This document shows, one piece after another, positions 12,321 to 26,011 of a stretch of 64,000 bases of DNA (position 1 is the first letter of the stretch; every line of letters starts with the position of its first letter). The notes under the pieces were generated by a model that was not told the DNA's origin, did not search any database, and saw nothing but the letters and a program-made list of their open reading frames with translations. Both the position numbers and the translations under genes were made by a program. This DNA comes from Camelus dromedarius (Eukaryota). The stretch lies in contig NC_087436.1 of the NCBI RefSeq assembly GCF_036321535.1, positions 44,208,001 to 44,272,000 of the forward strand, read 5' to 3'.

Positions 12321-13359
12321 CTTTTGCATAGTCAATTTCAGATGTTTGGTCTCAGACTTACTTTTAGGTATTAAATGGTCCGGTACAAGCCAAAGGAAAT
12401 TATTTCACAATCTCTCATACAAATCAAAGCTTCTCCCCTTTCCATGCCCAGTGGCTTGGTGGCAAGCACTGGGCTAGGGTGATCTGGCTCCTACCTTTCT
12501 TCTTGCTTCAGGTTCCTTCATGACAGAGGGAGAAGGAGAGGGAAGTAAAGCATGAAGGTAAAACCCTTTTAACTTAATGTGGACCAGTAGTACTTCTGTC
12601 TTGGCTCTCAGATACCCTTTGTCATGGCAGAAGCCCAGTCAATGCTTGATGTGCATTATGGGCCACTTTTTTGGGCATTTTGGAGCTCCCTCTGCAGTGG
12701 ATCTTGGCACTGCAGCACCCTCTTTTTTGTGTCTGCCTCCCTCACCTCCCTATCCTATCCTGTGGTCCACAAGCCTCTATCTGCTGGTATCTCATGACCC
12801 TGGAAAGTAACCATCTTGCGCAATGTTTTTCTACTTGCTTCTTGTCTATCTAACTTCCTTAGCATCAGTTTAACCCATGGGAACTTGGTGTGATTCCACC
12901 AATTTACTCTCTTTTCACCCGGCTATCATGGTTCTTCTGGCTAGCAGCCTGTCCTCGTTTCTCCAAAGGAGGTTAGATATCAGTGTCTATGCCTCTAAAC
13001 TCCTGAGGTCTAAGGCTCTTGTTCTGTGCCAGTAGTAGTATAGGGTTGACTATGAGCTTCTGTCCCCCAGTAAGAATACTGCCAGAGAGTCTGCCCTTTT
13101 GAAGAGCATCTTTTCAGTATTTCTGAGTAGTTTTCTCTGGAACCCCTGTTTAGCTTGAGAAAAGGGGAGGAGATGGGAAATTAGACAGTGCTATTTACAC
13201 ACAAATGCATTATGAAGTCTTTACCTGAAGAACTCTCCATGGTTCTCTTATTTAGGCCACTGGGGATAAACATTGTTGGACCAGTTTAATAACTTGCTAA
13301 CAAGCTCCATTTGGATGTGTCAATACCTGTTTTTTCTTTATATTTTGTTTTAATGCGAG

Positions 13360-13791
13360 ATCTATTCTTTGCCATTCTCTATCTCGCATTGTACTTCCAG
13401 GAGGCTATTTCCTATAGATTCTGTCACTTGGATTCTCTTGAACTAAAGGTTAGCTGATTTCTAACCTTCAGTTGGATTTGGCCAGTAGGAGATCAATGGG
13501 AAGACGAGAAGAGAGAGAGGTCAGAGTGTTTACTTCCTCTTTCTCCTACTGTGCCTCCTGTGGCTATAGCTCCTACCACATGGTCCCATGTCCTCAGTGT
13601 TAGATCCCCCTGGGCTCCTGGAACACCTTTCTCCCACTATTGAAGTCTTTGGATGCCTCACCATTCTTTGTTCCCAGTGTCACCATTCCCTTAACTCTGC
13701 CCCAGACTTATGTAAATTCTTCTTCATTGGAATCTCCTCATTTGAATGATTTGGAGTGAATCTGTTTCCCATCAGATTCCTGACAGATACA
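13360..13791 (+). mobile_element. LTR33-like ERVL solo LTR
   Basis: ccaggaggct...ggatttggccagtaggag...gagagagaggtcagagtgttt; ends in atctgtttcc..cctgacagataca. Confidence 0.75.
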
Positions 13792-15496
13792 ATAAGAGGT
13801 CTTAGTATCATGGAAAATAGAAACATAGTCTCAGCATTTGAAATAAGACTTTGTCACTAGTTGAGATTGAACTGCATTGCAGAAAGGAAGAATGGGAATA
13901 CTCAATAGCCAGATTCTGGCAACCACCACTCTCTAGTCTCTTAACACATAGAAACAAAAGCTTTCTTTAGACACACAATACAGCCTAAGTGCTCCCCCAA
14001 GCATTGCTTTGGTGAGGCAAAAGCAAAATGTGTAATTATGAATTAAGACTTTCTTGACTTTCTAAGGGAAATAGTTGCAGTGTTTGCCCAGTAAACCACT
14101 TAGTAGCTATCATTTTGTTAAGGTGATTTTTTTCCCCTCTATTGAACTGTCATATTATGGAAGAACTGATATCTTCGTAGTTCTCACCCATTTTTCTCAG
14201 CTTTGAGGAACAGGAAAAGATCCATTTATTCATCTCTTATTTTATTAGCAAAACTTTTTTCTATGCAAGTTCATGAAATTAATCTGCTAGGTTAAATTCT
14301 GTTCCTGAGAATCTCCCCACTCCTTTGGAATTTTGCATAAGAGAAAGGAAAAGAAAAAAGAAATCTAGTATATTGTTCTTGATGTAGGGAAGGTGGTGAG
14401 GAAAAACAGGACCAGCCACCTGTTAAAAGGCTCAGATCATGCAGCAGCAAGTCCATGAGGTTCCTGGTGAATCTTGGGAAAAATGCAGTGTGTGAAGGAG
14501 CTGTTCTTTCCTATTGCCCCCAAAGGACAGAACAGTAATGGCTTCAACAGGTGTTCAGAAGCTTTTGCCAAAAGGAAAAATAATTAGAAGTTTTGGGGCA
14601 AAATTTTAGAAGCTGTGTACAAATCATCTTGTCTTTTTGATGGATGTTATGAGCATGTGCTCTTGGAGAAATCAGTTTATTTTCAAAAGACTGAATTAAT
14701 CATAAAGTTGTGATACAACCTGGCATGCTTAATTTATCTCAAATATACCAGTTCACATCATTCATATCAAAGGAAATAAATGTACATACTAATATTTAAT
14801 AATGACCCTTCTTGGATTCAAAACTAGCTAAGTGTACATAAACTGCAAATAAATGTCATTTATTAATGAATTTGATGGGAAGAGGTGAGTGGATGAAAAA
14901 ATTTCCCTATTATTTATATGTCATTTGGACCATCAACCTATTGAGAGGAAGGTCTGTGTTTCATCTTTCTTTGATCTGCCTATGAACCTAACACATAAGG
15001 AGATACTCACAAATGTTTATGAGATGATTTTTTAAAATGTAGTTCTGACAGTTATTTTTCATCAGTCTTCTCAATAACTAACTTCTTTGCAAGAAGCTAC
15101 TAAGATAGCCAGACTCAGGAAAGGGCTAAATTTGTAAAAATTTTCTTCAGGGCATATTATTAAATTGCTTTCTTCAGCTGACTACTTCAAGGATCTGCAT
15201 ATGTCAAGGTACTTTACTTATTGTAAAGTTACTTGATTTAGGATACTCTTGGGAAGTATTTGGTGAATTTAATAGTTCAGTAGTTACAGGATACTTCTCG
15301 ATTAGTGGATATTTTATGATTCAGCCTAGCACGTAGAGTTTGTAAAACTTGTTAACATTTATTTGCTAAGTGTCTTTTATTTGTTCAAAAAGTACACTTA
15401 TTAGGAACTTAGTATGTGCCATTAACACTTTGACTACATGTTTGGGTTGGAAATGAAGGCCAAGAAGGTAGATTTATGTTCTCATGGAGTTAAAAT

Positions 15497-15521
15497 TGTG
15501 TGTGTGTGTGTGTGTGTGTGT
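15497..15521. repeat. (TG)n microsatellite inside an L2-like fragment (~15350-15770)
   Basis: TG run seen directly; neighbouring ggagttagccaggcaaaga is L2-like. Confidence 0.9.
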
Positions 15522-15842
15522 AACATGAGGAGGAATACAGATCAATAAAATACACGTGGAATTATAGTGTAATGTGAGGACAAGAGCATAGGGGAAGAGC
15601 AGGTTGCTAGGTACCAACCTTATCCTCCAGGATCAGAGAAGGCTGACTTCTAGGAGGAAGCCATGTTTCAGCTGACGGTGGGGAACGAGTGGGAGTTAGC
15701 CAGGCAAAGAGGGCATGGAGGAGGCAGGGACCGTGTTTCAGGCTGAGGAAATCATATACCCAAGATCAGGGACTTCAGGATGTCTGACACACATACACAA
15801 CTAAGTAAGAAATGATTTTTCGCCAATGAAATTCCCACTCTC

Positions 15843-15890
15843 ATTGACAACAATATTGACAATAATACTGACAATGATACTGACAACAAT
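15843..15890. repeat. 12-bp tandem repeat, 4 copies (A[T/C]TGACAA[C/T][A/G]AT)
   Basis: attgacaacaat attgacaataat actgacaatgat actgacaacaat. Confidence 0.85.
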
Positions 15891-15909
15891 TATGGTGACT
15901 TTTAGAACT

Positions 15910-16145
15910 AATGGAAGCATTTACAGAATATTTTTTATGTGCCAGGTGCTGTGCTAAGTACTTCATATGTATCATTTTATTTAATCCTCACAATAGCCAT
16001 AAAAGGCAGATACTGATATGCTCATCTCAGAAGGAGATTCAGGCTCAGAGAGCATAGGAAATGGGCCTGCCACGTTGACAGATTGTGGAGCCTGGACCCC
16101 AGCAGGTCTTTCTCACTCTAAATCCCATTCTGTTAATCACTATGC
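15910..16145 (-). mobile_element. MIR SINE
   Basis: tatgtgccaggtgctgtgctaagtacttc...tttaatcctcacaa...aggctcagagag. Confidence 0.85.
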
Positions 16146-17429
16146 CAAAGGTCTGTCTGTGTCTGAAAATTACTAAATCGACTTTACGCACAAAATTCAC
16201 TCCCAGTTAACAGTTTACACTTGAGGAATTTTAATTTTAAAAGTCAAAAAATATAGACTCTTTTCAAATATGTTTTCCTTTCAGTGTGACAATTCTATCA
16301 CATTATAATAAATAAATAATGAGTTGATTTCAAATACTAAATATAAATATATTAAATAATATAGAACACGCATCAACACAATACATAGTTTTCAAGTCTA
16401 AGGAAAAATTAACAAGGCTGTATACATCGAATATGAATAATTATTGCTATATCTTATGGTTAAAGAAAAACTAATATATTGTCTTAGGTTTTTTAGAGAA
16501 GAGTCTTTGAACTGCAGTTAGTTGAAACAATTTGATACTAAAAGGCCATGCATGGTGTTATTTTCAACATTACAGGCAAACTTTGGCTTCTGTATGTTTG
16601 ACATCTCAAATCCCCTATAAGTTCCTCACTGTGATCCAGTGTGGTCTGTTTACCAAATCTAAATCTCTGGAAAATTTGTTCCTGCAGAAGGTCTAGAAGA
16701 GATGATTTATTTTGATGCTGCACATTTGTCATTCACCTACACCTTCCCTTCCCAGGGTTCTCGCCAAGGTTTCCAGCATCAGGTCTGACACCACTGGGAA
16801 TATCCTTTCTCATTTGGTTGCCTTCACTTTCTGTCTGTCCCTTCTATTAACTCCTTTATCTCTACACATAATTCTGGTTTATCACTTGTCCTTTTATATA
16901 CATCTCTCTGGCATTGATCTTTCCAGTTCCATCCCCCTCCACCTCATTTTCCTCTTGTCTCCCCTTCACTTCAGCCTTTCACTTTTGGAAAGTAATGATA
17001 TATACAGATTTGGAGCCTGGTCTTATCTAATTCCTTACCTCCTTGCCTTCTTCCCTTTGCATAGTCTAACTAAGTTGGACTGATTCACAACTCTGTCCTT
17101 CTCTTTTCTCTCCCCTCCCTAGCTGTATTATGTCTTGCATAGTGTTACTGCTTTGGAGGACACTGAAAGAGTGCCAAGTGACTCAGAAGACCTGACTTGT
17201 GGTCTTTTGTTTCTTAGTACCCAAGGGACAGTATTTAAATTTTATGGGGTGTGAGGTCTTGTTTTGGATACTGTGCATCTCCTTTGGCCTAGACAACCTT
17301 TGTGGGAAAGTGGATATTGAGATCTTCAAACTATGCAATGCTAAATGTTCTCTCCTTAACTTTCTTATCATTGTACGTCTCAAACAAATCTGCTGATTTA
17401 GACATGCAGTTAGTGAAAATGATGTATAG

Positions 17430-17820
17430 TATTCTTATGTTAAAATATTATAAATTTCCTTCATAAAATAATCTATGATTATTAAAAAGAGTAAAAGAAA
17501 AAAAGAGCAAAAGAAAAAATAGGAAAATTTTCTATAGCTTCTAGTGCAACCATTGTTAATATATTTGTGGTGTTTTAATTTTTATCTGCTTCACAGTTTT
17601 AAAATTCTAGTTTTTTTGTTTGTAATTATCACATAATTGTAAATGTTGTGTGTACCGTTTTGTATCTTTTTCCTCCACTTAGTATAATGACTAAATTTTT
17701 CTTTCATGTTTACCATAGTTTCTGGAATCATAATTTTAAAAGAATTGCATAGCTGCATAGTATTTCTTGAAGTTCTGGCCTAGAGTATAATTTATTCAGT
17801 CATTTACCAGTTGTTCCATA
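17430..17820 (-). mobile_element. Old L1ME/L1MC 3' fragment
   Basis: gctgcatagtatttc...ataatttattcagtcattt pattern typical of an antisense old L1 3' UTR. Confidence 0.45.
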
Positions 17821-18259
17821 CGCCCTACTTTTAAATGTGTGAGATTTCACTGCTCTCTGTGCTCAATTTGATTAGTTTTCTATCATCCTTCATTGACCTT
17901 CAGTCACTGCATCAGAGTCCTATGTGAGTGATGACTCAGGGAGTACGGGAATGAAACAAACAAACAAAAATCTCAGCTGTTCTGAGCCTCCTTCCACCGA
18001 TATCTATTATGACATGGTACCCAAAAACAAACTGTGAGAAAGCCTGGGATTGACTATATGCTGAGAAACAGTGGAGTAAGGCAGTTAATGACATTTTCCT
18101 GAAGGGAGATATATAGACCAACAGCCATGAATCCTAGAGAAATTACTGCCGCTCCGCATGAATAAGGAATGTCGCGTTGGTACCAAGAGGGAGTTTTGTA
18201 CAGATATTTGTTGGAAGATAGAGTAGTATAAAATCACTAGACAGAGTCTGGTTTTACCT

Positions 18260-18880
18260 ATGTGTGAGTTAGGACTGCAAGTAACAGAAAACAAAATTAA
18301 ACTAGCTTAAACAAATATTATTAGCTCCCATGCTCAAAAATTCAGAGGAGGCAAGCTTCAGGCTGCTTTAATCCAGTGGCTCTGGCTGGTTCTCTGAGGT
18401 TTGCTCAGCTATCCCCTCCTCTGTATACTGGCTTCATCTTCAGGGTGGCTTCCTTCATGGAGACAAAATGACTGTCCTTATTTTAAGTTTCACAGTTCTG
18501 TTTCATGACTTTCCAAGGAAGTGAGAACTTTTTTTCTGGTGATATTTTTACTGAGTGAGAAAAATTATTTCCTAGGTTCTATGTGAATCTTCCTTTGCAT
18601 TTCCTTGGTCTAAATTAGATCATATGTCCCTTCTTGAACTAATCTTTGTGGCCATGGCAATGCCCGGTGCTGATTGGTTTATGTCTGTATTCCTGACCCA
18701 ATTCCTGTGGCAGACATGTTGGGATTACCTTTATACCGGTCAGGTTCACTCCAGGATGTGGTACTTGTCCCTTTATGCATATGGGCTGTATAGGGAAAGA
18801 GACAGATGCACGAAGGAAAATCGGACCATTATTAGGAAAAGGGAAAAGGGGAATAGACGCAATGCAAATTTAACCCATGA
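18260..18880 (-). mobile_element. MLT1I/J-like MaLR LTR
   Basis: ctgcaagtaacagaaaac..ctagcttaaacaa...cttcaggctg..atccagtggctc...ggcttcatcttcagg. Confidence 0.7.
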
Positions 18881-19039
18881 TAATTGCCAGTCTGGTACTT
18901 GTGTTTAGTTTAGGGCTTGATCAGTTGAAAAATGCTAAAAACTTAGAAAATGTCCACATAAAGGGAACAGATACTAAATCCTGTGTGAAACATAATTATG
19001 ATAAAAAAAATTGATGTTATTAAATTTTGAGGAAGAGGT

Positions 19040-19290
19040 GGTTAAAGGGATATTTTATGGTATGTGGTTCTGGAGTCATGTTTTCCGGGTTTTCAAATCT
19101 CACTTCTCCCACTTACTAGCTTTGTGACCCTGAGCAGATTACTTAATCACCTTGTGTTTTGGCTTCCTCATCTGTAAAGTGAGATCCTGAAATAGCTACT
19201 GCATAGGGTTGCTGTGAGGGCTAAAGGAGATAATATACACAAAGTTTTATAACAAAGCCTTGTTCACAAATGCTTGGTAAATGCTAACTC
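19040..19290 (+). mobile_element. MIR SINE
   Basis: ccacttactagctttgtgaccctgagcag..cttcctcatctgtaaa..catagggttgctgtgagg. Confidence 0.85.
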
Positions 19291-19492
19291 TGAATTCTTT
19301 TTAATTTTCGTAATATCCTCTGATCAAAATTCTCTCATTGTCCATTTTGTAGTTATTCATAAGATATGATATTTCTATAGATTACTTGAAAGCAGTAGTT
19401 TAACTTCTTATATGATCTGATGAAAATTATTTTGTTAAATATCCAGGAAATGTGTAGAAAAATGACATACATCTTACTTTACTCTGTGTGTG

Positions 19493-19605
19493 TGTCCTTT
19501 TATGCATATGGGCTGTATAGGGAAAGAGACAGATGCATGAAGGAAAATCGGACCATTATTAGGAAAAGGGAAAAGGGGAATAGATGCAATGCAAATTTAA
19601 TCCAT
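19493..19605 (+). repeat. 113-bp direct copy of 18766-18878
   Basis: Manual alignment gives 109/113 identity with no gaps. Confidence 0.95.
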
Positions 19606-20804
19606 AAGAGAGAGAGAGAGATGGTGTATGCTGATAGATTTGTCAACCCCCTTAAACTTTGTTCATTTTTATGTGCTGCTTACATTATAAAGATAATACA
19701 TATTGACTGTTGTTATCCACTCTGCAGAGGTGAAACCCAACTCAAAATTTGATTCTGATGTCAAGACTGATGATGCCAACCATGTACCCGGAGAGTTTGA
19801 AAAGGTTTATTACTGACAACATGAGCTTTGTAGGAACAGCAGGTCCAGAGAGTAACTTGAAAGAGTAGGGAAAGGAGACTGGCTCAGCGTTTACTGTAGT
19901 TTGGGGATGGGTTAAAGGTTTGGGTTCCTGCACATGGACCAGGGATTGTGAGGTTTAAAATTGCCACCAGCACCACAGGAGAGAGCACCTGGGTTTTCTC
20001 ACCAGCTTGCCCATCTGAGGAACAGAACAGGGTGGGTGATGATGGGCTCTGAAAGCTATCAGCACTCAACAGTCATAAACGGAATCAGATCTTTTATTAC
20101 AACTGTAGCAAACATGGTAGATAGAGAAATCATAATGAAGAAATAAAAATCTCTGGTAATCATCTAATCCAGATACATTTACATGTACATTTTCTGTCTG
20201 CATCATTCTTTATTTAGATTATTCCTGGCAATTTTAAAATCCTAGAGCTTGATTTTTTTAAGCCACTCTTTAGCCATTATGAATCATCTTAAGCCTCACA
20301 TTGTGTGTACTGAACCAAGGAGAAAGGCTAGTTGGGTTGTAAATCTTCTGGCAAAATCAAATTGTCTTACAGGCTTTCCTCTTTTAAATTTCAAGCCATT
20401 TAAGGTTATCCATAGTAACATTTAATGGATAATATCAATTTCAATGTATTAACCAAATGACAATATAACTTCTGTTTGTGTCGTGTTAGTTTGGAGGCAG
20501 AGAATCAACATCAGTCAGCCAGACAAAACCCATACTTAAATGATCTAAAGTGTTTGTATTCTTTTTAACTTTATTGATTGCCCATTTTTGGAGTTATTAA
20601 TTGTGCTTCATGTTTCTATCTTTATTTTGTACTTTTTTTTTTTTGACTGGGCTGTATCTGGGTCAAATTGACTCTAGAGGACTCTAAATATAGTCTAGTT
20701 TTAAGAAATAACTTTTTTCATATAACTGTATTATATAGTTTAAAAAAACTAAAAATATAAACTATATAAAAACTACTATATATGTACTATATAAAATGTA
20801 ATAA

Positions 20805-21015
20805 TAGAAACTAATATTTATTAGCACTGTGTAACAGGCACTGTGTAAAGTACTTTACATAAGTCCTCTTATTTAATACTCATAGCATCTCTATGATGTA
20901 CTCTTACATTATCCCCACTTCACAAATGAGAAACTGGACCAAGTCATAGAGCTGGTAAGAGAAAGTGCCAGTACTCTATCATTTTATACTGCCAATTCTT
21001 AACAGTTGCACTCTT
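20805..21015 (-). mobile_element. MIR SINE
   Basis: aggcactgtgtaaagtactttaca...attatccccacttcacaaatgagaaact. Confidence 0.75.
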
Positions 21016-21049
21016 CTGCTGTCACCCCATCTGCCTGATGAGGTCCATT

Positions 21050-21340
21050 CATCCTTCATGGCATTCTTGCAACTTCAGCTTCTGTAGGGATCTTCTCCAG
21101 TTGTTTTAGCTAAAGTTAACCTTTTGCTCCCTCGTATATCTAGAGCTTAAGCTTAAACCTCTGTTACAGTATCCACCTCATTCTGCCTTCTATTCCTGTT
21201 CTTCATGTAAATATCGCCTGAATGGAATTGTAGACAACTTAAGAGTGGGTGCCATGTCTTAACTGGTTTTGTACTCCTTGGAGGACTACATAGTATGCTT
21301 TACACCTCAGAGACAATCAGTGGATGTTTTTGGAGTTAAA
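21050..21340 (+). mobile_element. L2 3' fragment
   Basis: Decayed L2 tail (aattgtagacaacttaagagtggg..atgtctta). Confidence 0.5.
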
Positions 21341-21619
21341 TTTGTTACCCTAAACTGTTTATCTGAGCTCTGAAAATATTTTCCAATCCATGTTAAAGTG
21401 CCTTTAATAAGTGTGAACTCATAGAGCAGAAGAAAACTTGTTGGAATTTAAAGATGAGTATGGTAACTTTTGTTTTAAAGATAAACACTTCCACTCAATA
21501 AATAATGTGTTTACAAGGTGTCTGATGATGCAAAGGCCATATAGATCTTGGTAGTATTGTTCTAGTTTCATTAGTCCATACTTAGACAATCACACTCTTC
21601 ATGCTCAACTAGACTATAA

Positions 21620-21732
21620 TGTTAGATGGTAAGTTCTGAGAGATAGAGGCATACTTGTCTTGATTACTAAGAATCCCCAATTCCTAGAACTGTGCCTGGA
21701 TACAGTAAATTCTCAATTCATATTTATGTGGT
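21620..21732 (+). mobile_element. L2 3' end
   Basis: tagatggtaagttctgagag...cctagaactgtgcctggatacagtaaattctcaat. Confidence 0.65.
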
Positions 21733-23921
21733 TGACATTAGTTAAATCTTGAGCCAACTTAAAGCTTTTGAGAAGCAAATGGACTACCAAGACATCAAAT
21801 GATGAGTCAAACAAGGATATAATTCCAAAGACTCTATTGCTTAAAATGTGCCACTTAACTAACAACTTTCCTTTCTTTTTATATTGTTCATTCCAAGCTG
21901 GCATGTTAGACTATTATAATTCACAAGGTATACACAGTTCATTTCTATGCTATTGTCAAATGTACTGTAAACCAAAATGGAACATATTCATTTACTTGCA
22001 AGATTACAATAACTCTAATTTTATGAGTGTACCTTTCTCCTTGCCTGTCTCCTATCTATAATCTTTTATGTAGTTTCTGGAGCTGGCCTCTCAGTGTAAA
22101 TCCTTATCTGAAGCCTACACTTCACCACCACCTTCCTTTGGAGTGAGTGTGGCAGCACCATTTCTAGTTGTGGAACTGACAGAGTCCTGAGAGATAACCA
22201 GATGCATCAATTACTTCCCATCATTTATAAAAAAAAGCTTCTGAGTAGAACTTTACCAGGGCCCCAAAATTACAGTGTGAGGGCACAAGAGTACTGGGTC
22301 CTTTTAGTGTATTTCCTTAATGGAAACTGCCTTTGTGGGATTTTTGAGTAGCTTGATTTTCTCTCTGATGAAACGATAACGCTGTGATTCAAGATAACAA
22401 TTCTCCTGATGGAGTAACCAGTTATCTTCTGGCTGGGGAGGGTGTCAGCTCCTGTCTCAAGTGAAAGTGGGAGGGGAAAGGATAGGAGATAGTGAATAAA
22501 AAAGAGCAGAAAGATGAATTTCTGGTCTAAGAATCCCTGCTTTCTTTTTTCTCGTTATCTTGAGGTTTTTGTGAATGTTCATAAAAAAGCACATTTACTA
22601 AAACATTTCACAAAGAAGGTTAATGCAATGAGTTCGTTGGAAACCCCAGGAAATATGAAATAGCAAAAGGATTTCTCTCCTTGCCCTTTTAATTTGGTAT
22701 GGGCTTTCCTGGCAGGTGGCCACATACTGTCTGGAGCACAGCGTCTTTGAAACTGTCTTGTGGGAGCTTGGTCTTCATTTATTGGCTGGGGCATAGTCAC
22801 AGAGCCAGAAGAAGTGAAAATAGAACTCTTTCCAAGTCACTGGAAGCCCCCCAGGAATCCCTGATAACAAATGGGAAACAGCAGCACTCGAAAATGGATT
22901 TCTTTTGAAGACAAACACTCTAGGAATCATTAAAAGTTTCCATTTTGAAGCTCTGTCATAAAGTCACTTATTTTTTTAGAACATATATGAACTACCCACA
23001 TTTTCGTCGGGTATATTAAAGTTAAGTTAGGTGTTCACATTTTGCAATACTTAGAAAGTTGTTTCTTTTACTAAATGCTCTGCAAGCAACAGGCTACTTC
23101 CCATGCCAGAGAATTTGTGATGGAAAACTGCCCTCTAAGATTTTAGGACTTAATCATTTAATTAAGAAGACAGATGTAGCCTATTCAAGCTGGAGTTAAT
23201 GGATTCAGACCTCATAGATTTCCTGATATTTTTCATCTTGTTTGTTTAGCTTATTTATGGTTTCTTTTCCTTGGTGCTCACAGAGTACCCATACCCACAA
23301 GTAACTTCTTGGAAGAAGATGGTTCTATGAAAATGATTCTGAACATTAATCTATGCAATATCATTCTTTGAACATGAACCTTAAAGGTTTTAGTTTTCTT
23401 TCCTTTTTTTGTGTGTATGATTTTTGGTGTTATGTCCCCTTTAACAGAGAAATGTCCCACTGTCCTTAGCTTACATATTCTTCCACCCCACTCCATCCCT
23501 CGACACCTCCTTCACCCCATGGAGTCTGCTGCCTCTATCATCTTTCTGTGGTGCCGAATGTATGTAGCTTCTGAAACACTTTGGAATGAAAGGTGCTATG
23601 AAATTGTAAAGTGTTTTTATCACTGAGTTCTGCCAATATGTCTCGATCCTGACGGGCAACACCTCTGCTATTTCAGTGTTGTGACGGGGACACACAGCTG
23701 GTCCCGAGAAGGCACTGTACTCAGACAAGCATGTGAGATTGCATTTGTCCTTGTGAGTGAGCCCTAAGCTTTAGAGCATCTACAGTGTTAGACAATTATG
23801 GGCAACACGTGGAAAGAAGGTTAGTACATTGCTACTTAAACTCTGGTTTGTGGCATCATCTAGAAACTTGGTAGACATGTAGGGCCTCAGGCCTTTTGAA
23901 TCTTCATACACACATAACTAG

Positions 23922-24482
23922 TGTAGTGGACATCTGCTATTTTTGTCTGTCCTGCATTCCTGATTCTGGTAACCATGACTCCCACCCCTTCTTAAAAGAA
24001 CTGCTCCTTTCTCCTTCCAATTAGGTGATTCTGGTGGGGTTGCCAGACACAGGGCCTCTGACTTTTTTGGCCAGAGATGTGCTCACATAATTCAGGTCTG
24101 GACATTTAAGCTATAGAGATTGGTCTTGGGGTGGCCATATGGGACATGTGGCCCAAACTGAGCCAGTCAGGTCCTGCCCCATGTTTCTTCATACTGAAAT
24201 TGGAGGGAGAAGCCTTTTCTTTCTGGAGTTATGAACCTGGAAAGAGGTAAACTTGGAATTGTCAATGGCTGCTTTCCCTAGCTGACTGGAGAATACCTGT
24301 ATGCCATCCATGAGAAAGAGACTTCTTTTCCGAAGAAAAGCAGAGGCAAGAAATGTCTGACGTCTTATGCCTGATCCCCACTGTGGTTTGGTTACATGAG
24401 TTCATAAAATGTCCTTTCTGCTTTGCCTAGTTTGAGTTGGGTTTCTGTCCCTCACAAAGGAAGCAAAGATCCTCCATGACAC
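23922..24482 (+). mobile_element. LTR16A-like ERVL solo LTR
   Basis: Begins gtagtggacatctgcta; contains acatgtggcccaaactgagccagtcag; ends ctagtttgagttgggtttctgtc...gaca. Confidence 0.75.
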
Positions 24483-26011
24483 CCACAGACATAAGAAAAG
24501 GAGGGTTGATTGAGAGGATTAAGTTTGCAAGTTGAAGTACTAGCTTATTACACAAGAAAACTCAAAGCAAATTCTGTCATCTAGCATTTTATACACCTAA
24601 ATTTTCTAGCCTTCTTTCTTTATGTATAAGAAGAAAAAACTCTTATAAGATTTTTAAGGTTTTAGGTGAGAGAATGAATATAAAGCACCTAACATGACTG
24701 ACTTACAGATAGCAAATGTTCAATAAATGTTATCTCCTGTCATCGTTATTATTATCCTTACTACTAGCAGTAGTACTGCCTCTAAAGGCTCATTTAATGG
24801 GACAGACTCTCTAGCACAGGAATCTGAGTGCTGCTTTACCCTTCTGAGTCTCAGTTCTCAATAACTGGCTTGAGTTTTGCAATGCAAATTTATCTAGTTT
24901 TTTCTTTTTTGAGGTGGACGTAATTTTTTCCTCAGTGAGAAGGATAAAAGATACTCAGGCTGGGTAGGAGCTCTAAGTGCATAAAGGGTTAGAGAAAGCA
25001 GAAAGGGCCAGAGCCCTCCCTGCAGTGAAGTTTCTTTCCTAACAGACTTGAGAAAATCTTGACTCCAGTGGCAACCACAGTCAAGAGTGGGAGCTCCCCT
25101 TGGATTCTCCTCTTCTAGGTCAGCTCTCTTCTTCTGTAGAGCATGTGGACAGTGGATGTGGAAAGCAACCATCAGCTGTAGTTTACAGTGACTCCTTTCC
25201 TGGTGTCACTGGTCCTCCAGAACTTTCTCAAATATTCTTTATCTCAGTAGTTGGAAACCTCAAGGTATTTTTCTAGCATGTTGCTCACAAAGGAATCCCC
25301 TTTGATTGTTGGGTTGTCAAATTTTTAAAGCAGAAAATCCTTTGAGGAAATTGTTCAAAGACCTCTAGTCTTGTCTTGGGCAAATAAACTTTGTGCCACT
25401 GTATTTCTGATTGTCACTTCAATTCTTTCTATGTTTCCTTCAGGTAGGCATAAACACACTTACTCTTTGGCTTAAGTTGGACACATTGTCCCATAGGTGC
25501 CCTCTCAGGTTGCTGTAGGGTAGAATTTATCATTTCCCTCAGCCTAAGTTTGAGCTCAGGTATTTGAACATTTGCCAATAGCCCCAAATGCCTCTTTATG
25601 TGTTTCTTCATAAGGTAGTGACGACAACTTTGTAAATCAAATCAATTAAATTTTGATATTTATTTTATGCTGTAGTTTCCTCTGTTATAGAATAAAATTT
25701 GTTTTAAAAATAATTATTCTAAAGAAACTAGAAAAATATCTTCCGAGTCAATAAAGACAAATTAAAATTTGCTTAGAATTGTTTTATTATTGTGTATTTG
25801 AGTATGTGATTGAGAACCTTTGAATGGCTATGGGAACTCCTTCTTTTTAATTTTACACACATTTGTTGATTGACTAGTTTATCTGAGGCCCAGTGCTGTA
25901 GGACATAGAAAATTGAATGACTTGATTCTTGCCTCCAGATTTTTAAAACTTTGAAATATTTTGCTATCTAACCAAGTCAGATCAGAGAAAGCTTACTCTA
26001 GTATTTACCTG

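Noticed and set aside
15843..15890. CRISPR-like array
   Set aside because: Contiguous 12-mers with no spacers, in eukaryotic DNA.
18624..19752. Two ORFs sharing YAYGLYRERDRC...RKREKGNR as paralogous genes
   Set aside because: The shared peptide is simply the 113-bp DNA duplication of LTR-derived sequence.
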